A stretch of 64,000 nt of DNA from Felis catus (GCF_018350175.1 NC_058368.1:111540001-111604000); one strand, 5' to 3'. Positions 28,678 through 42,354 are shown, counted from the first letter of the stretch. The notes: generated by a model from the sequence alone, not told the origin. A program made the numbers and translations.

Positions 28678-29859
28678 CAGAAGCCCAGGGATCTCCACAG
28701 TCAGGAGCAAGGAAGCATGTGACTTCTCTTTGGCTTCCAGGGTGGGAGGTCCCCACATGACCCACAGCCATGGAAACCTCCCAACCAGAAATGGGTGTGG
28801 AAGACCCCTCCTCAGACAGCCCTTTCCACACCTCACCTGTGTCCTCTTCCATGCCCGTACCCCATTACCTGCAGTTCCCCAAAGTTACCAGCCTCTCTCT
28901 TGCTTCTGGACTTTGCACATGTTTGCTCTGCCTGGAACCCCCTCCTCCTTCCGCTTGCCTCTCACCCCAACCTGGTGGAAACTGCTTGCCCCTGGCTAAC
29001 CACCCCCGGAACGCTGCCCTGCCTCCTTGCCTTCCTGCCTCTGCTTCTGGCTGGGTTAGGCAGCTGCCGTGCTCCCTGCCCGTGTCGTCAGGGCCCACGC
29101 GTGTCTTCACCTCCCCCTGTGAGTTCCTGAAGGTGGAGAGGGACTCTTCATCCCTGAGGCTCGTCTGGGCCCTGCCCTGAGCCTGTAACCAATGAGCTTT
29201 GTGAAATAAACGAATAAAGGAATTAATCAGTGGAGGGAGGAGAGGGCCTGGACTGAGGCAGGGGCATCAGGAATGATGATGGGGAAGGTGGGTGGGTGTC
29301 CCCAGCTGTCTAGGGTAGGGGCTGTGGTGGGGCAGCAGGAGACATGGGGCTGGGAGGTCTCTGGGGGCCGTGCGTCCATGTGGCCTCGGTCACATGGTAG
29401 GGATGCTGAGGGGCTTTGGGCAATGTGGGCGTGGCCTCACCATCAAGGGTCAGGTGCAGGCATCCTGACTCTGAGTACTGCCCTTCCTTGGCTTGTTCTA
29501 CCCCCAGGTGGGTTTTTCTTCAGGCTTTCTCTGCAGCCTGTCTGGGGAGAGGGAGGCGAAATGACACAGGACCTTGAGCAGCAGGGGACAGTGGCTTCTG
29601 AGCTCCTAGGCTGTGAACCCATTTCTGACATCAGGGAAAGACACAGGTGCATCAAGGTACGTCTTCCCCCTGTCCAACCCCTGGATGCTGACAGGCTCCT
29701 GCTGAGCTCTGCATACTTCCTTCTCCAGAGAGGCCCTCAGGGGTGGGCGATGACCTCTCTGTGTCCTCACATAGGGAGACGTTGCTACAGGGTGGTGGAG
29801 GCCCCTCGGTTGGAGAGGATGGGCTAGGGGAGCATGCCTGCTCAGAGTGGCCTTCCTAG

Positions 29860-30095
29860 CGGTGCTGTGTTGAGCCGTAATGGAGCCTGAGGCATTGGAA
29901 AAATCAGTAACACGGGTCCTGTCTGTACTTAAAATTCTGGCATTTTATTCATCATGGACTTTTGCCTTAATTTTGATTTTAAAAAATACTGCGCGGAAAT
30001 ATCTCTAATCTTGACTACTGGATTTTTCAGCGCTCCCTTAAATTTGTGTCCCTTACATTTTGTGCCTCGCTCACCTCCCCCTGGTCTCGGCCCTG
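29860..30095. mobile_element. Non-autonomous hAT-type DNA transposon (MITE), family uncertain
   Basis: Degenerate terminal inverted repeats (CGGTGCTG / reverse complement CAGGGCCG) around an AT-rich core. Flanks cttcctag and cctccagg could be a decayed 8-bp TSD. Confidence 0.6.
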
Positions 30096-30846
30096 CCTCC
30101 AGGATAGGGCCCTAGGGTTCTCCATACCCACAGGAGCTCTCTCTGGCCTCCAGTCCTCTCACCTGAGGAAGGAGAAAGGGAGTGTTCGCTGGGTGCCCAG
30201 GACAGGAGGGGCTGGTGACATGGCCACCGGCAGGCATGATGGCGGGGGCCGCTCCTGGGTCTGCCCCAGCCCAGCACTGAGCGAATCCTGCCCTTCCTCC
30301 TGTGGGGTTGGAGGCCCAGGCCCTGGAACTGCCGGGCTGCCCAGTTGGAAGACGTCTTCCTCCTGCGGTGGGCGAGAGGCCCAGGGGCATGTGCTGCTGA
30401 GCCGGAGGACAGGAGAGGAGGCTCTCGGAGGTTAGGCCCCGAGCAGCCAGCCGTGCAGCTGTGGGTGTATCTCCGTCGCAGGAGAGCCGTGCCGTGTTGG
30501 CTGTCTGACGGCAAGCCGTGTTGGCAGGGCCTGGGCTCCCAGGCCTGATGCTCAGCACACTGTCAGCACTCAGCAAATAATAAATAATAATAATATCTCC
30601 AGCATGTCGGGGAAGCCCGAGGAGGGAGAGAACTCAGAAAACATGTGTTCTGTCTCATGGCGGGTGCCGGGAAGCTGAAATGTGTTCAGCGCCTCTCTCT
30701 GGGCGGTGTCTGAGGGGCGCCTCCCTCTCCCCCACAGCTTGGCATGGGAAGATGGTGAGCAAGCAGCCGGGGCCTGCGCTGGGGACTGGGGGCTTGGGGA
30801 GAGTTGTCTGGGGTTGCCCTGAACTGTCCCTTAAAAAAAAGGCTAC

Positions 30847-31080
30847 GGGGCGCCTGGGTGCCTCAGCCGGTTCAGCGTGCGACTTCGGCTCAGGTCATGA
30901 GCTCGTGGCTTGTGAGTTCGAGCCCCGCATCCGGCTCTGTGCTGACAGCTCAGAGCCTGGAGCCTGCTTCGGATTCTGTGTCTCCCTCTCTGCCCCTCCC
31001 CACTCCCTCTCCCTCTCCCTCTCCCTCTCTCTCTCTCTCTCAAAAATAAATACACATTAAGCAAATTAAAAAAAGAAAAG
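30847..31080 (+). mobile_element. Can-SINE (SINEC_Fc-type)
   Basis: ggggcgcctgggtgcctcagccggttcagcgtgcgacttcggctcaggtcatga...(CT)n caaaaataaa; retains many CpGs. Confidence 0.95.
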
Positions 31081-31809
31081 ACTCCCACTACCCTCAGATG
31101 TCCTCTGGTATTTGGGGGTGAACAGACTTGGGCTTACATCCTGAATCTACCCCTTCAGACAAGCCACCTTAGCCTCTCGGAACCTTCTCGCTTCTCTCCC
31201 TTATAAAATGGGATGGTTACAGTAACTGGTAGGCTGGGTTCAGTGAGAGTGGCTGCAAAGTGCTAGCACAGGGCTGGGAACTGGTAGGTGCTAGCATTGC
31301 TGGTGTTGTAGCTCAGTGGGCCCTTTCTGTGGTCCTCGGTGAGAGGCCCGAGTTTGGTCCTGTGTGGGGAGGCCGTGAGGGGCAGGGCTGGTGGGCGGCT
31401 GGCACTGGCCCTGGGTCCGGGGGAGGATTCTGCAGACCCTCCGTGTGTGGCAAGTTGCCCCAGTGTGCTGGCCCCTGCTACTGTTTGTTGACTGACTGAC
31501 TGTGGGGCCCCAGGGGCTTTCATGGAGCCAAGGTTGGAGCTTGTGTACTTGGCGTGGAAGCCCAGTGGGGCCTCAGTGGCATGGGCGAAGTCCCCTCGAC
31601 AGCTTCTATGCACGGCGTTCAGTGCAGACACTGGGCTGCAGCTTCTTGGGATGTGGGAGAGCTGACGGGGGCTGAGACGGCAGGGCTCCGGAGGGCTCAA
31701 GCCACAATCTGCCATGACCCCATTGCTCCCTGGCCTGCTTGCTCACGAGGTGGAGAGGGGCTAGGGACCCACTGCAGGAGTGTGGGGAAGTGGTGCCTGC
31801 TGTCTTAAA

Positions 31810-32019
31810 ACAAATTTTTTTTAATGTTTATTTTTGAGAGAGAGAGGAACAGCGTATTGAGTCGGGTAGGGGCAGAGAGAGGGAGACACAGAACTCTAAG
31901 CGCACTCCAGGCTCCACACTGTCAGCACAGAGCCTGACATGGGGCTCGAACCCACGAACTGTGAGATCATGACCTGAACTAAGTTGGATGCTTAACTGAC
32001 TGACCCACCCAGGCGCCCC
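31810..32019 (-). mobile_element. Can-SINE
   Basis: Ends gactgacccacccaggcgcccc; (GA)n and T-rich tail. Confidence 0.93.
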
Positions 32020-35000
32020 TGTGGTGTACTGCTTTCTATCTAGCGAGGCCCAGTCTCCCTACCAGCTCTGGTCTCTGGGGGAGGGCACCTTGCCACGACC
32101 CTGAATCTGCTCCTGTGGCTGCAGGTGGCCTCCCAGCCTCCTTCTTCCCAAAGGCCTTGTGGTTCCCTTTCTCCCACTCCTCACTTCTCCCAGATGGGCC
32201 ATTGTCCTACTTAGCCTGAGCCTCCTGCCTCCTGCCTCCTGCCCTGAGGTGAGGGCTCTCCCCGGGTGGGCTGCTGAGGCCTAGGTAGCTGTCCCCAATC
32301 CTAGCTCAGCGTGGTGCCACAGGGGATGGGCCACTTGTCAAATGTTGTTGTTTGATTTTCCTCGCTCAGACTCCGCTTGTTCCAACACCCTGCAATGACA
32401 CGGGTGTTAACCGAGCACCAGGGACTATAATTACAGGGGTTGAGAGACAAGAATCTCCTGGTGGTGTAGCAGCTGCAGGCATGAGCCCCGCCTGATCTGT
32501 CCCCAGAGAGGAGCCGCTCCGGTCTGACTCGTGTCTGAAGAGCTGTGGGGTCCACTCCCCTCACCTTGGCATTTGTCTGACTGTAGCCCCACGGGGACTT
32601 CTCCCTCAGGGGGCCCCCACGTGCTTCTCTCGGTGGGGCAGATACATGGATGTTATTCAGACCGAGTGTGACGGGGAGGCACTGTGAAGGTGTGGACAGG
32701 ACAGGCACCATGTGTGGTCTTGCTGACTGGTCCAGGCTGCCAAGCTGGGAAGGGGCAGTTTGCACATGGGTACTTAGGAGGCAGGGGGGGGGGGCGGGGG
32801 CGGGGGCAGGGTACAGCCAGTGACTGGGGGCTTTTCTCAGGACAAATGCAGTGTTTGTGAATCAGTTCCTGAATGCTGTCTGTGGAAGGACAGACCAGAC
32901 TCAACAGCAGGGATTCTGGCTACAGAATTGGAGTCAACTTGTCACATGCAATGATTGCTTAATTGACGTCTATGAAGGCCACGTCCAAATGCTCTAATAG
33001 ACGTTTAGTGCGTAGGTTGGGTGAGGGGATAGCATATCCTCTTGGGGATGGTTCTCACCGTAAGAGGCACGGGTAGCCTGGAATTATGAGGGTGCTTTGG
33101 GATCTGGGAATGGCCTGGGAAGTGACACTTACCTTTGTCCAGGTATGTGAAGGGCATGTGTGAGGGGATGGCGGCAGATGGCTGGTTTTGTATGGATTTG
33201 TATGGATTGTCACGACTGCTGATAGCCCGATGACCCAGAATGGAGACGATTGGGTTGCCAGGGACCGAGGTCCCAGCCATCAGGGTCCCCAGGAGGCAGA
33301 CCTAAGGTAGTTGCTGTTGACATTTGGAGAGAATGTCAACATTCTACCTGGGGAGGGGCTCAGGCCAGGTCTCTGTGCCTGGGCCTGCGGGCCCTAGCCC
33401 TGAGGCTAGTCTTGGCTCTGCCACTAATGGACACCCACCCTCTGGGTTGGTCCCTTCCCTTCTCTGTGCTTCTGGTCTTACTGTCTGGGACAGGGTGAGG
33501 TCCTGCTTCCTTCCGATTTTGTCCTGTGGGTGGGGAGTGGGGTGTAGATGGGGGCTCTGGAAACTATCTGTGGGCACAGGGCATGGGCATGGGTGCTGTG
33601 GAGCCCACGGAGGTCAGCATTTGTGGATGGGCCACTTTTTTCTAGGACTTCGGGCTCCCAACGAGACTTTGGGACGCTGTGGCCTCGGGAACGTGACGTT
33701 CCAGTGAGAGTCTGTACCCCTGCGGCTGATTTTGGGATCTAGGACTGTGAGCGCCATCTGAGGCTGGAGGGCTGGGGGAGGAGCAAGCCCTCATCAGGTC
33801 TCCTCCTGGCCTAGCTCCAATGAGCACTTGCCTGGGCCAAGTGCACAGTAGGCTCTTTCTCGGTCAGCATATCCAGTGGGCTTGGCTAAGGGCACAGTTC
33901 TGGCTGCCAACAGGTGAGCCTAATTTGTGGGAGCCAAAGAAGGACTTGTTGAGGGTCCCCCGGCCTTCTGGGCTTGCTCTGGGGCAAGGGGACAGGGTCT
34001 AGGGGGGAAGGAGAAACTGGAGCTCACGGGGAGCATCAAAGGGCTGGTGCGAGGTTTATTGGGGCCTTTACTGCCCTAGTTTTCATTATTTACACCCTGT
34101 TGATTCTAGGAGCTCCTGTTAAACGTGTAATAAATATAAAAATATTTTACAGGCCAGTGAAAATTCCACAGCAAAAATAACTCTATAAAGAGGGATTTCG
34201 CCCCGCTCTGCCCGCTGCCGAGTTCTGTGTGGCATTGCTCTGAGCCTGTGGGCTGGCAGCAGGGCAACGAGGTGGCTGGGTTCCCGGGTCATGGGGGGCG
34301 TGGGCTGGGTGTTTAATTAGCCCCTTTACCAGCCTGTGAATGAAGTTGCTCCTCCCAGGCCAGGCCTGCCAGCTCTCGCAGGTGGTGGTGGGTGAGAGCC
34401 GCCCAAGTGCAGCCGGTGGAGGGCTGGGCTGTGGAAGCTGGGGAGCAACGGCAGGGGGTGATGGTGAGGGGAGCAGCTTCAGACTGCCTCCTGGCACTGC
34501 CCTGCCCTCCTGGACCTCTGGAGGTTTGGCCCAGGGGGTGGGTGGAAAGGGTAAGGCTGAGGAGACAGGGTAAAGCAGGGATTTGGAGCCTGGGCTGTGC
34601 GTCCAGCCTGCCTGGGTTCCAGTCCCACCTCTGCCACGTAGTAGCTGTGTGACCTTGGGCAGATGACTTGCCCTCTCTGTGCCTCGGTTTCCTCCTATGT
34701 AAAATCCTATCTCACATGATCGCTGTGAAGCATGTGCCTGACACATAGGAATGACTCAATGATTATTATCTTATACTCTATAATTAAAATGACTTTTAAT
34801 CAAAAGCAAGGCATTCATGGTTCCAAGCTTGTCAAACTAAGTATAGGGAGAAGGACTTCTGCCACCTCTGTGAGATCTGGACTATCTAACTTAGGAGCCA
34901 CTAGCCACATGATGGCTGTGGAACCCTGGAAATAGAGCTAATCCAAAGTGAGAGGTGCAGTGAGGCATGCCCAGGGTTTTAAAATCTTACTATGAAAAAA

Positions 35001-35110
35001 AAAAAGGCTGTAAAATATCTGATAGCTTTTTGATATTGATTACATGGTGCAACGATATTCTCTATTATTTTGAGTTAAACAAAATATGACATCTTATGTT
35101 TCTTTTTACT

Positions 35111-35138
35111 TAAAAAATTTTTAAAGTTTATTTATTTT

Positions 35139-35180
<42 letters not shown>

Positions 35181-35306
35181 CCCAAGCAGGCTCTTCATTA
35201 TCAGCACAGAGCCTGATGCAGGGTTTGATACCATAAACCGTGAGATCATGACCTGAGTTGAAACCAAGAGTTGAATGCCCAACTGACTGAACCCCCCAGG
35301 CGCCCC
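35111..35306 (-). mobile_element. Can-SINE
   Basis: Long (GA)n; ends gactgaaccccccaggcgcccc. Confidence 0.93.
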
Positions 35307-35319
35307 ACTTATTTTTTTT

Positions 35320-35947
35320 AACTTGTTTTATTTTTTTAAATTTACATCCAAATTAGTTACCATATAGTGCAACAATGATTTCAGGAGTAGATTCCTTAGT
35401 GCCCCTTACCCATTTAGCCCGTCCCCCCTCCCATACCCCCTCCGGTAACCCTCAGTTTGTTCTCCGTATTTATGAGTCTCTTCTGTTTTGTCCCCCGGCC
35501 TGTTTTTATATTATTTTTGTTTCCCTTCCCTTATGTTCATCTGTTTTGTCTCTTAAAATTCCTCATATGAGTGAAGTCATATGATGTTTGTCTTTCTCTG
35601 ACTAATTTCACTTAGCATAATACCCTCTAGTTCTATGCACGTAGTTGCAGATGGCAAGATGTCATTCTTTTTGATTGCTGAGTAATACTCCATTGTATAG
35701 ATATATCACATCTTCTTTATCCATTCATCCATCGATGGACATTTGGGCTCTTTCCATACTTTGGCTATTGCTGATAGTGCTGCTATAAACATGGGGGTGC
35801 ATGTGTCCCTTCAAAACATCACACCTGTATTCCGTGGATAAATGCCTAGTAGTGCGATTGCTGGGTCATAGGGTAGTTCCATTTTTAGTTTTTTGAGGAA
35901 CCTCCATACTGTTTTCCAGAGAGGCTGCACCAGCTTGCATTCCCACC
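35320..35947 (-). mobile_element. 5'-truncated carnivore/felid L1 (3' UTR and end of ORF2)
   Basis: tttacatccaaattagtt...gattgctgggtcatagggtagttccatttttagttttttgaggaacctccatactgttttcca; flanked by a duplicated CCCACTTATTTTTTTT. Confidence 0.93.
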
Positions 35948-38900
35948 CACTTATTTTTTTTTTTAATGGGCTATTAGGAAACTTAAAGTTATGTATGTGG
36001 CTTGCATTGATGGCACATGTTATATTTCAGCTGAACAGCTCCACCTTCCTCTGGGAAGGTCAGGCCAGAAACCCATGGACTCTCGTGTCCTGGCCTGGTC
36101 CGGCCACCCGTTTTATGGAAAGGGGGACCCAAGCAGGAGAGGGCAGTGGCCTCCCTGACATCTCCCAGTTGTTGGTGGCAAAGCTGACCCACAACTGCAG
36201 ACACTTATCTCTGTGGATCTCAGAGATGTGGTGGCGGTTGGCGTTCCTTCCGACCCGTTTAGGTTGTAGGGAAAGATCGGTTCCAGGCAGTTACGACTGG
36301 AACGTGCGTTTGCAGGTTTGTTCAATGAGGTCTGTGGCATTTGGTGAACTTCATGACATGTCAGGGCCACGTCGCTTCAGGATGGGGGCTGAAAGAGAGA
36401 TGCAGGGGGCTCATCTGGCCTGATGGAACGCACTCTGGTACTGCCCCTTGGAGGCGCAGCGAGAAGCCACCTATGCCTCCCGAGAGCCCTGCAGTTTGGG
36501 CCATGACGTGGGATGGGCAGACAGAAGTTTCAAGAAGGCTGGTAAAACTTTGCAATCACTATGTCCCGACAAGTGCCAGGCCTGCTGAGTGCTCTGAGCC
36601 TCGTGGCAGCCCCACTGGGGCTTGGGATTAGAGCATGTCTACTTCAGAGGTGAGAAAACTGAGACTTAGGGTGGTTAAGAGGTGGCAGACTTGAGACTTG
36701 AATCCTGGTCTGCTTAGTTTTAAAGCCTGTGATTGGAGTTCAGCTCATGCTACACCTGCTCACCTTCTGAGGGCCCCTTGTCCTCTCTGGTCCTTGTGGC
36801 CACAGACGTGTCCCGGTGTCCAGGTGTTTTGGTGTAGACTCTAGAGTCAGTGGCTTTACCACTTCTTGCTGTGTGGCTTGCGGTACGTCACTTCACCTCT
36901 CTGAGCCTTGTCTTCCTTCTCTGTAAAGTGAGGGAAACAATAATACCTACCTTCAAGTGCTGGTTAAATGAAATACTGTGCTTCTGGCCCAGAGTGGGCA
37001 CTCAAAAAAAAAAAAATCATGGCACAGTGCTCATGCTGATGAGGTCAGCAATTTGGTGAGGACCGCCAAGCATGGAAGTACTCTACTTTTCAAAAGTAGT
37101 CTTCAGAATGGAGACAGATTAGAATTTTCCTTGAACTCATGTGGGAAGTGTGTCTCATGTTTGCTCCTCTCCCACTGGTGGAGGGCCCACGTGGTCCGGA
37201 GTCATGCTCAGGTACCTGGCCAGTGGGCGTGAGGGTTGCTTCTGAGTATGGCTGTGGCATGGCTATGCCTCCTGGTGCCCACTGAGCCTTGGTTCTGTAT
37301 GCCCTGGGTGGTGGTCACTCTCCTCCCCTCCCTGTTTTCTCTGATGGGCACAGAAGCCCATTCTTGAAGGGCACAGAAGAGTGAGGCCGGCTTTGGCTCT
37401 GCCTGCAGGGCAGGACTGGACAGCCCTCACCCCCACGGCAATGCTTAGGGGACCTGGCCTCAGTTGGTGCCCAGGCCAACAATGGCTGTAGAGAAATGGC
37501 CCTGCAGTCGGGAAGCTGGCCAGATAGGTCTCAAGGCATTTGCCACTTGTTGCCTCCTTTGGTATGAGGTACTAATCTGGGGGTTGGGATAAATGGTGGC
37601 TGTTGTCCCATCCTGTAGATGAGGAAACTGAGGCCTGGGGTATGACTGTTTCTGGGATATATTCAGGGAGGAGTATTTATTTGGGAAACTCAGGACCCTT
37701 CCTTTTAGGACAGTTGCTTCCTAACTGTGCAGAGACTCAGGGACCTGCTTGGATTCTTCCCTCACTTGGGATGACCCCACCATAGGACCCTGGACCCCTG
37801 TCCTACAGATCTTGGCTCATTCTGTTGGAGTCCTCCAGACCCCTGGACCTGCTCCTCTTTGGAGAGAGACAATTTTAGGATGCTCACAGGTGATTGGGTT
37901 TCCTCCCTGCTGTCTCTGACTTCCCTGCCTCTGCCCATCCTAACTCTCAAGGAGTCCTGCATGGGGGCTCCTCCTGGTTAGTGGGGACCGGGAACAGGGG
38001 GCAAAGAGTGGAGGCAGCATCATCATCCCTGACCGACCGTGGGGCCAAACCCCTAAGCCCAGGAGTGGGGAGGAGAGAGGATGGCAGGATGCCAACCTTC
38101 CTATAGCCACTGCCTAGAGACCAGCTGCCCAGCATAGGCCCTTTGGTATGTGCGGCAGGGATGACGGTGTTGGGGAGGCTGGTGTGACAGCCAGTGATCC
38201 CTGGGCTGGACACGAGCCAGGATCTCTGCCGGTGGCTTTACACACTATTCCTCTTTATACATATTCAACCCCCAGCGGCAGGTGCTGTTGTGACTCCCAT
38301 TTTAGAGATGAGAACACTGAGGCAGGGGAGTTTAGCCAGGAAGTAGTGGAAGCACAGTCTGAAGCCCGAGGAGTCTGAGCCCAGAGCAGGCTGCTCCACC
38401 CTGGGCCGCTCTGTCTGCTCCTGAAGTGGTGGGGACTGCCTTGTGCCTAACAGTGCAGCTTCAGGGCTGTTTTCCCCAGCACTCTGCTCTCCCTGGCCGT
38501 GGCCAGGCCACCCACCGTCTCTACCCCCTTGATGCTCTGCCTTTTCCTTGCTGCGCAGGAAAACAAATTGGAAGGCCAGTGATGAAAGGGATGTTGCTAC
38601 AGGAACTTCCTTAAATCTGCTCCAAATCTACAGAAATGGTAAATTGTTACCAAATTTTGGTACTTAATCTTAGCCACAGATTGGAGACGCATATACGGGG
38701 ATTAGAGCCTACTAATGAAAAGGAGCCCCAGGGTGAAAGCCACATGTGTATTTTGAGCTACACACTCCACTGTAATGCTTCCTCCTTTCTCTTTGAAGCA
38801 GGGTTACAATGGTGACCATTTCACAGATGGGGACACTGAGGCCCCGCGAGGTTATTTTATCACTCTTGTTACAGTGGATGGGATGATGCTTTGCCACACT

Positions 38901-39916
38901 TCCCAGTGGGTGGAGCTAATGTGGTGCTTTGGGTGCTCTCTTAGCTCCCAGAGTGGCCTAGACCCACAGGCAAGAGGTGACCAGCCCAGAGCTCCGCTCC
39001 CTGCTGTGTTGTCCACCAGAAGGGACAGCTCTGGGGACACTCGTTTCTGGGGCAGTGAGAAGTGCTGGTTTTCTGGCCTGGGCAAGTCTCTGCGCCTGGT
39101 GTGTGCCAATTACAGCCTCAGGGGGTCTGGCTGGGGCGCCACCAGGCTCCGAGCACAGTGACAGACAGCACAGATGTAGCCCTGGGACCTCAGCAGGGCT
39201 AGGAATGTGGAGAGCATCTCAAGGCAGCTGAGCTGGCACGTACATCAAAGGCGGCACGGACGAGGGCCTCAAGTAGGGCTTAGGGGCCGAGGGGTCTAGC
39301 CCCCTCAACGTGGGGGTTCGCCCTACTCCAGGGTCCCTGCTGCTGTTCCAGAGGCCCTGTGCTCAAATCTGTGGTCCAGGCTTTGTTGCCGTCTGTCCTG
39401 TAGACTGGTGGGTGGGGGGCCTACCACATTTGTGGGCGGGGCGGGACCCGACGGGACATGTGTCTGTCTGACCCTGCATCTTCCCGTCCTCCTGGCCCCT
39501 GCTTCTTCAGGGCAGGGCAAGAGCAAGGCTTGGGGAGACCTTTCCCTCTGCCAGACTATTCCTTGACTGGGCTGCCCTGCTTTGCTCCCTCCCCTCTACT
39601 GACACACGTTGGAACCACCCATCTCTGTTCGAGGGATTGAGCTTTGCTGCTGTTAAGACTCAGCCATGAGTCGTGATTCCGCACCGGGGCCGATCCTGGG
39701 CGGGTGGCAACCCTGTCCTTCTCTCTAGGCATGAGGGCCGGGATTGGGGGCCAGTCTGCAGCACTGGGGTGAAATGACTCAAACAGGATACCCGGTCCAC
39801 AGTATCAAAAGCCTTTGTCATCCCCTCTGCCCTGGGGCACACACATCAACAGAGAGGCCTCATAAGAGAGAGCATTTGGGCTGCTCTGGGTTTCCCTGAC
39901 ACTTGCTGTGCCTATC

Positions 39917-40143
39917 TTTTTTTTTTTTTTTTTAATTTTTTTTTTTTAATTTATTTTTGAGACAGAGACAGACAAGCATGAGCAGGGGAGGAGCAGAGAG
40001 AGAGGGAGACACAGAATCCGAGGCAGGCTCCAGGCTCTGGGCTGTCAGCACAGAGCCCGAAGCGGGGCTCGAACTCACGGACTGTGAGATCATGACCTGA
40101 GCCGAAGTCGGCCGCCCAACCGACTGAGCCACCCAGGCACCCC
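39917..40143 (-). mobile_element. Can-SINE (young SINEC_Fc-type)
   Basis: Near-consensus with CpGs intact, long poly-T tail and approximate TSD tgctgt..ctatcttt. Confidence 0.95.
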
Positions 40144-42354
40144 TGCTGTCCACTATCTTTAGGAACTGACCATAGCGCTTTCCAGATGTGGTTTGGGAGG
40201 GCCAGACCCACCCAAGGCAGAGGGTTGGCAGGCGTGGGTGATCAGTTTATGACAAGAGCCGTGGCCATCAGGTCGTGGCCCCACAGAGGCACAGTGAGTC
40301 CACTTCGGCCCTGCCTCCCCCGTCACAGCTGGTAGCTTATTCTGTCCACATGACTTGGCCTTAGCTGCAGAGAAGACGACAATGTGAGGTTTGTGGCCAT
40401 CTTTTGGGGTTACGGCCACCAAACAAGAAGGCCTGAACTGGGCAAGAAGTCTATGGGCACTGGGGCCATTGAGAAACCTGGAGCCTTCTGTACTAGAAGG
40501 CCATCATAGTCACAAAATATTGTGGAAGTAGATGCAGAATTTCACACAGATCATGGCTGCTGAAAACCTGTCCACCTCCTCCCTCTTGGACCCACATTCG
40601 GCTCTGGTCTTCTCTGCTTTTGGGATACAGTCTTGGCCTCCTTGGCCTGCGGCAGGCCGTGCTTAATCTCTCCTTTGTGTCGTCACAGGCTGGGGTGAGA
40701 GTTCACGGGAGAGGAGAGTACCTGGGCTATGTAATTAAGTCACATACTTGGCACAGAAACCTGGCTTTAATGCATGTATCCCCTTTGCTGGCTTTTCCAG
40801 GCCATTGTCCCCGGCTCGGGCCCATGGACTAATTACAAGGTGTGGGCCCTGGGGCGGTTCAGCGGCCTGGCTGGCTGTGCTGAGTGCTGTCCCTGGCCTC
40901 TGTGATGGCTATGCTGTGACTTGGCAGGCCGGAGGCCTGGGGGCTGCCCTTGGAACGGGCATGGGAGCCCAGCGCAAGGGGCCCTTCGCTGGGGGAGGTG
41001 TCTGAACTCTCCCATGCACTACTGGTTGGCCTGGCCTTTGGGGTGGGCTGCTGCTTCCCATGGAGGAGAGGGAAAGAGCGGGGGAGCAGAGCTCCTGCTG
41101 GGGCTCTCTGGGGGACACAAGAAAGTGCATTCTGGAGATGTGGGCTCTCTGGTGACCACGATGTGGCTTCCAGAAGTGTCTGTGAAGCTCTTGGTGTCTA
41201 ACACATCTGGCTGAGCTTCTCTGTTTGAGGCTTCGTGTCCTGGTTCTTGGTTGTGGAGGAAGGGACTCCATTCATACAAAGAGGCAGGTGCCGAGGGAGT
41301 TGAACATGAGACTCGACGGCCTATCACAGAGGAAGAGCCCACCCGGTCGTCATCATGGTGAGTTACAGGAGTCCTGTGTGGATTCCAGCTGTACAGACAG
41401 GGGTCGATGAACTGTCCACACTCGCTATCCATGGTGAGCCCAGGAACCACGGGTGTGCACGGTGCACCAAGAATAGCTCCCCTCCCTCCCAGATTTGGTT
41501 TTGGATGAATATGTTCATTGTGATTCATACTGTGCTCTACAGCCTTTACTGTTTGACTTGCCTTAGATTTTAAAACAGATTTGAGGGATGGTGTGCTTGG
41601 TGCTCAAGTCTGTTAAAAAAAGTGCCCATAAAAATTATGAATGAATTTTTTTCTCCCCGAACTTCCTCTTCTCCCTGGCAAACAGATTTCCAGGGTTGTT
41701 TCTATTAGCCCCCATGTGTCCAAGCAGTGGAGGACAGGAAATGCTACTTGGGGAGGCCAGTGACAGCTTCCCCACTGGCATTGCCCCTCCGGAAAAGTAC
41801 TGGACTAATAACGCCTAACATTACTGAGAGCTGGACTATGCCAGGATCTCCCGGACCCTCGATAGTCATTAATTTAAAGCTTCAAACAACTTCTTGGGCT
41901 ACAGGCGATTAGGAAACCTATTTATGGGTGAGGAGGCTGAGGCGCAGAGAGGGTGAATGACATCCTCAGATCACACGGTGAGGAGGTCATGGTCCAGGAT
42001 TGGACGGTGGGCTGTCAGCTGGCAGACATTCCCCACAGGGAAGGGCTGACTGGCCTTCTTACCTGGCTTATCCTGGTTGTCTGAGCCATGCAATGAGTGG
42101 CTTAGGGCTAGACTCTGACCATGTCAGCTAGGATGGATGTTGGTGACCCCACTGTCAAAGGTCCAAGTGGACCCTTGCTCGGTGTTCACAACCTACCCCA
42201 TGGTCCCCTTGATGGCCAGGCCCAGCTCTCCTGCTCCAATCCCTAGCTGCCTGCCTCTTGCAAAATCAGGTGCAGTAGGGCAGTTTACCATTCTGAGACA
42301 GGCTTTAGAGCAGAAACTACAGAAACGAACTCTGTTTTAAAAATATGAACCCCT

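Larger units (their letters stand above)
34877..36040. mobile_element. MER33-like hAT-Charlie element split by a SINE and an L1
   Basis: Left part gccactagccacatg...tgtaaaatatct...atattgattacatg (to ~35110). Right part tttaatgggctattaggaaacttaaagttatgtatgtggcttgcatt (from ~35950). Confidence 0.75.

Noticed and set aside
30847..30930. tRNA-like A/B box sequences at SINE heads
   Set aside because: tRNA-derived SINE heads followed by (CT)n and A-tails, not tRNA genes.
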